DNA from: Candidatus Poribacteria bacterium
Lineage (GTDB): Bacteria; Poribacteria; WGA-4E; UBA9662
Direction: 5' to 3'
DNA length: 64,000 nucleotides
Assembly (NCBI GenBank): GCA_036339735.1
Contig: JAYZAL010000005.1
Location: 1-64,000, forward strand
The stretch's first letter is position 1. Each line of letters starts with the position of its first letter. A program made the position numbers and the translations under genes. The notes under the pieces were generated by a model. The model was not told the DNA's origin. It saw nothing but the letters and a program-made list of their open reading frames with translations, and searched no databases. This document shows, piece after piece, positions 60,085-64,000 of the stretch.

Positions 60085-60777
60085 TCAATTTGTAAGTTGG
60101 AAGGTGCGAATAGTAGTACAGGAAGGAAATGGTTGTTGTAGTAGTGCCCGAGAGAGATGGATTTGATTAACCTGAACCGTACCCAGTTCAACATCTCTGA
60201 ACTGACGTATTCTATGTTGTAATTGACTGATACTTTTTTGAGATTTTATGCCAGCTAAGCTGAGGTGAGGTAGCCACTCTTCACCCTCTAGGGGATATAT
60301 GGGGATATCAGCTGCGTCCTGGTGCAATCTGCCTTGTAAGCGTGCTATAGCACCATTATCGCTCACTTCACAAACTACAAAACTACCTAGACCATTGAGT
60401 CGTTTTAGGCAAATCTCGAAGGATGGTATCTTCCCTATAATATTCTCAGCCTGTTCAATAATCAGATCAAGCGTATTCGCTTCTATATCATAGTCCTTTT
60501 CTTTTCTATCAGTGAAAAATCCCAGCCATTTTACTGTTACATGATAGTATTCCTCGGGCATTAGATAAATACCATCTAACCCTTGAAGTTTAGCTGATAT
60601 TTCTCGGATTTTATGAATGATTTCGGGTTGATGGATCGGGATACTCAAGGTCAAGCTAGTCTTTCGACCATCAAAACCAGCTACTCTCTCAGGGTCATAC
60701 GCCGAAGGCCTAAATCCATTCTGGAAGTGCTGCCAAACTTGTCCAAACTTATCTGCATGAATATTAGAATCTTTCAT
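60085..60777 (-). CDS. 2H phosphoesterase / 2'-5' RNA ligase family protein
   Basis: Two Hx(T/S) motifs, YHVTV and PHLSL. Confidence 0.8.
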   Translation of the reverse strand: MKDSNIHADKFGQVWQHFQNGFRPSAYDPERVAGFDGRKTSLTLSIPIHQPEIIHKIREISAKLQGLDGIYLMPEEYYHVTVKWLGFFTDRKEKDYDIEANTLDLIIEQAENIIGKIPSFEICLKRLNGLGSFVVCEVSDNGAIARLQGRLHQDAADIPIYPLEGEEWLPHLSLAGIKSQKSISQLQHRIRQFRDVELGTVQVNQIHLSRALLQQPFPSCTTIRTFQLTN

Positions 60778-60977
60778 TTGTTATTAAAAATCATTTTGAA
60801 TAAAAATCGAAATAATAGTACTCATCGCCAAATGCCGCACAAATGTATCACAACAAAACCAAAGATTCAATAAAAGCTTACAAGTTAATTCGTTATTTTT
60901 ATTCAAAATGCCAAGAAATGAAATAAGGATTTTCACTAGGCTAACAGTAATGCCCGATTATCGGTTAGTTTTGTAAA

Positions 60978-62270
60978 CTAAGAATTCCGAATAGTAATAG
61001 ACGCAGCATGCCCATCTAGGTTTTCGGTCTCTGCTAACTTGATAATTGGTTGGCTAACTCTTTCCAAGGCTGATTTTGTGTACTGAATTAAACTGGTTTT
61101 TTTAACAAAATCATCTACGCTCAATGGTGATGCAAACCTTGCTGTACCACCTGTTGGTAAGACATGATTAGGACCAGCCATATAATCACCCACAGATTCA
61201 GGCGTGTATTCTCCTATCATAATTGCACCTGCATTTCGAATTTGACCTAAAATGCTATATGGCTCTCTAACAATTAGTCCCAAGTGTTCTGGAGCAATTC
61301 GATTGGCTAAATCTATTGCTTGTTCTAGATTATCAACTAATAAAACAAATCCATAATTGGCGAAGGATCCAGTGATTTCGTTCTTTCTAGGTAGAGACGT
61401 TATTTGAATTTGGATTTGATCTTTGACTGATTCAGCCAAGGTATCACAAGTCGTTACTAATATAGCCGAGGAATCAGTTCCATGTTCAGCTTGAGAAATC
61501 ATATCTGCTGCTACATATGCTGGATTGGCTTGTTTATCAGCAATCACCAAAACTTCGCTTGGGCCAGCAATTTTATCAATGTCAACTAGGCCCATAACTT
61601 GACGTTTAGCTTCTTGAACATAAGGATTACCAGGACCTACAATTTTATCTACCGCTCGTATACTCTCTGTTCCATGGGCCATTGCGCCAACTGCAGGAGC
61701 TCCACCACATTTGTACACCTCATTGATTTTACATATACTTGCGGCTACCAACATGTGTGGATCTATTGTTCCGTCGGGTTTGGGGCCTAAGAAAACTACG
61801 ACCTCTTCCACACCAGCCACCTTAGCCGGTAAAACATTCATCAAGAGAGACGACACTAAAAGTTGACTAACCGATGGAACACAAACGCCTACTCTTTTGA
61901 GTGGACGAATCAAATGACCTAAAATAACACCTGAATCTTCTGTTGTGAACCAAGATTGCCGAATTTGACGCTGGTGAAACCGTTGAATATTTTTCTTTGC
62001 TTCATTAATAGCCGATACAAAGTCGCTATCCACCATCCCGTTGGCCTCAGTAAATTCCTTCTTTGTTACTCTCAAATTCTCTGTGTCAACTTGATCCGAA
62101 TCGTATTTTTCAATATATTTGACGACTGCTTTGTTACCTTCTAATTTGACGTCTTGCAAAATTTCACTAACGATTTTCTGAACCTGCAAATTTTCAAATT
62201 GGCCCCTACGATCGATTTTATCCATAAAATCGTTAGCTTCAGGTGATGAAAAATGAGCAATACGAATCAT
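60978..62270 (-). CDS. hisD: Histidinol dehydrogenase
   Basis: KIVGPGN, AGPSEVLVIAD, SQAEHG, APEHL, GDYMAGPNHVLPT. Confidence 0.95.
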   Translation of the reverse strand: MIRIAHFSSPEANDFMDKIDRRGQFENLQVQKIVSEILQDVKLEGNKAVVKYIEKYDSDQVDTENLRVTKKEFTEANGMVDSDFVSAINEAKKNIQRFHQRQIRQSWFTTEDSGVILGHLIRPLKRVGVCVPSVSQLLVSSLLMNVLPAKVAGVEEVVVFLGPKPDGTIDPHMLVAASICKINEVYKCGGAPAVGAMAHGTESIRAVDKIVGPGNPYVQEAKRQVMGLVDIDKIAGPSEVLVIADKQANPAYVAADMISQAEHGTDSSAILVTTCDTLAESVKDQIQIQITSLPRKNEITGSFANYGFVLLVDNLEQAIDLANRIAPEHLGLIVREPYSILGQIRNAGAIMIGEYTPESVGDYMAGPNHVLPTGGTARFASPLSVDDFVKKTSLIQYTKSALERVSQPIIKLAETENLDGHAASITIRNS

Positions 62271-63532
62271 GTGTTAAGCCTCCTTATATCAGCTCCAACA
62301 GCTGAAAGTTTTGCCTCTACTTTTTCGTAACCACGGTCAATATGGTAAACCCTTGAAACTAACGTTTGACCTTGAGCTGCCAGCCCACCCAGAACTAAAA
62401 CGATACCTGCCCGTAAATCAGACGCCATAACAGGAGCACCACTCAACTGGCCCACACCATGAATGACAGCCATATTACCATCAACTCGAATGTTAGCCCC
62501 TAATCGATTTAGCTCGGCTACATGCATAAATCGATCCTGATGGATGGTTTCGGTAATAACACTAACGCCAGATACTAAACTGAGTAATCCCATGATTTGT
62601 GCTTGCATATCAGTTGGGAATCCGGGATACACATCAGTACGAACATCGGTAGGATGTAGCTGACGATCCGCCCAAACTCTTACTCCATCGTTCTGCCAAG
62701 ACATTTTGACTCCAATCTGAACTAATTTTTCGGTAACAGCCTGAACCTGTACCATGTTAGCACCTTTGAGAAAGAGATCTCCCTTAGTCATCGCTGCGGC
62801 CACCATAAATGTACCCGTCTCGATATCATCAGACAACACTGAATGACGAGTTCCACTCAAAGAATTAACACCATGAATTTTCAGTTCAGTTGTTCCAATC
62901 CCTTCAATACTGGCACCCATTTTTATGAGGAAATGAGCCAAATCTGTGATATGAGGTTCGCAAGCAGCTGGGCGTATGGTAGTTGTACCTTGGCCCAGTG
63001 TCGCGGCCATCATCACGTTAGCTGTAGCCCCAACACTTGCTCCAAAAACCCCCTTAAGGTAGATATCGGTCCCTTGCAAACTATCAGCATGTGCATCAAT
63101 ATACCCACCAAGTACCTCAATTTTAGCACCTAAGCGTTTTAGCCCTTCTAAGTGTAAATCTATTGGCCGAGGTCCAATAGCACAACCTCCCGGGAAAGAA
63201 ACTCGCGCTCGACCCACTCTTGCCAATAAGGGGCCGAGAACATATATGGAAGCCCGCATCTTTCTAACTAGATCATAAGGAGCTTCATATGATGTCTGGT
63301 CAATAGGTTCGATTGTTAATTGATTATTCTCTAAATGGGTCTTTGCTCCTAGTTTTTCCAATAATGAACAAAGTGTTTTTACATCAGTTAGGTGGGGAAC
63401 ATTAGTAATGATACTTTTTGATTGACCTAAGATACCTGCAGCCACGATTATTGGTAGGGCTGCGTTTTTAGATCCACTAATGTCGATTGTTCCTTTTAAG
63501 GCTTTCTCACCATTAATGAGAAGTTTATCCAT
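62267..63532 (-). CDS. murA: UDP-N-acetylglucosamine 1-carboxyvinyltransferase
   Basis: GSKNAALP, MRASIYVLGPL, PGGCAIGPRPIDLH, YPGFPTDMQ, DLRAG, HIDRGYE. Confidence 0.98.
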   Translation of the reverse strand: MDKLLINGEKALKGTIDISGSKNAALPIIVAAGILGQSKSIITNVPHLTDVKTLCSLLEKLGAKTHLENNQLTIEPIDQTSYEAPYDLVRKMRASIYVLGPLLARVGRARVSFPGGCAIGPRPIDLHLEGLKRLGAKIEVLGGYIDAHADSLQGTDIYLKGVFGASVGATANVMMAATLGQGTTTIRPAACEPHITDLAHFLIKMGASIEGIGTTELKIHGVNSLSGTRHSVLSDDIETGTFMVAAAMTKGDLFLKGANMVQVQAVTEKLVQIGVKMSWQNDGVRVWADRQLHPTDVRTDVYPGFPTDMQAQIMGLLSLVSGVSVITETIHQDRFMHVAELNRLGANIRVDGNMAVIHGVGQLSGAPVMASDLRAGIVLVLGGLAAQGQTLVSRVYHIDRGYEKVEAKLSAVGADIRRLNT

Positions 63533-63670
63533 AAAGGGCTCCGTTTTATTTATTCGTATTGGATATTATTTATTATTAGTTGGTATATAACTCTCGGGTA
63601 GCTCACTTGATCGCAATCTGTACCCAAAACCATAGGTTATCACATACAATTTGTTTTTTTCAAAATGCTC

Positions 63671-63699
63671 TTGACAGGCAAACCCAAATGTGCAAGAAT
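63671..63699 (+). promoter_or_regulatory. Sigma70-type promoter divergent from murA
   Basis: TTGACA-N17-AAGAAT with an extended TG. Confidence 0.5.
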
Positions 63700-63705
63700 A
63701 TGGCG

Positions 63706-63938
63706 GTTTTATTACAGCTAAGTTAACGGAGACAGAGCTAGGCCGATTCGTCTAGTGAAGTAGGTGGCACTTTAGCCCCTATCGATAATGTTAGTAAATT
63801 TACGACCTGCCTTTCTGGGGGTGGGCGGCTTTCCTGTTTTTATGCAACTTGGCTTGCTCCTTACGATTCCCACTACTTGCCGTTTGATTTCAAGTGTTTC
63901 TTCGATTATTCTCCATCAGCCCGGCTCTGTCGTTTTTT
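63706..63938 (+). ncRNA. Candidate structured ncRNA (~200-230 nt, 6S-like size) or structured leader
   Basis: No ORF; promoter upstream; 63731-63747 pairs with 63915-63931, followed by T6; inner stem 63758-63767/63870-63878; G-U-rich hairpin 63806-63825. Confidence 0.45.
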
Positions 63939-64000
63939 CGATTTTGGCATATTAAAATATAATAACTAAATGGCTCAGTGATTTTCGTTCGTAAAGCAAT

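Noticed and set aside
63758-63780. T-box-like GGTGGCAC motif
   Set aside because: Does not match UGGNACC, lies at the 5' end of the putative transcript, and has no stem I upstream.

Overview
AT-rich (by eye roughly 40% GC), gene-dense bacterial chromosomal window. I found no rRNA, tRNA, CRISPR array or mobile element. The gene content (DUF1501 and DUF1549/DUF1553 planctomycete-type cytochrome c proteins, PhyH, NHL/TPR proteins, a DUF6785-like membrane protein, flagellar fliD-flgM) suggests a marine Poribacteria- or PVC-like organism; this is inference only. Housekeeping blocks are sdhCAB, rpsB-tsf-frr-cdsA-dxr-rseP-udg-priA, iscS/mrp and murA-hisD. Highlights: (1) a 901-aa protein (20229-22934) fusing an S1-S4 voltage-sensor domain, two more TM helices, a GFG motif, a class III adenylyl cyclase and a C-terminal TPR, the architecture of alveolate (Paramecium/Plasmodium) channel-cyclases, sitting inside a sugar ABC operon and carrying a 15-bp coding VNTR; (2) a selenoprotein that the ORF track truncates, a lipoprotein with an HMA domain GMT-U-GASC and an fdhF-like SECIS hairpin (30052-30453, minus); (3) a cytochrome c / PHM-type copper monooxygenase lipoprotein between iscS and mrp; (4) an unannotated 57-aa membrane protein abutting sdhB; (5) a giant FliD with a ~585-aa insertion; (6) a candidate ~200-nt structured ncRNA at the right edge.
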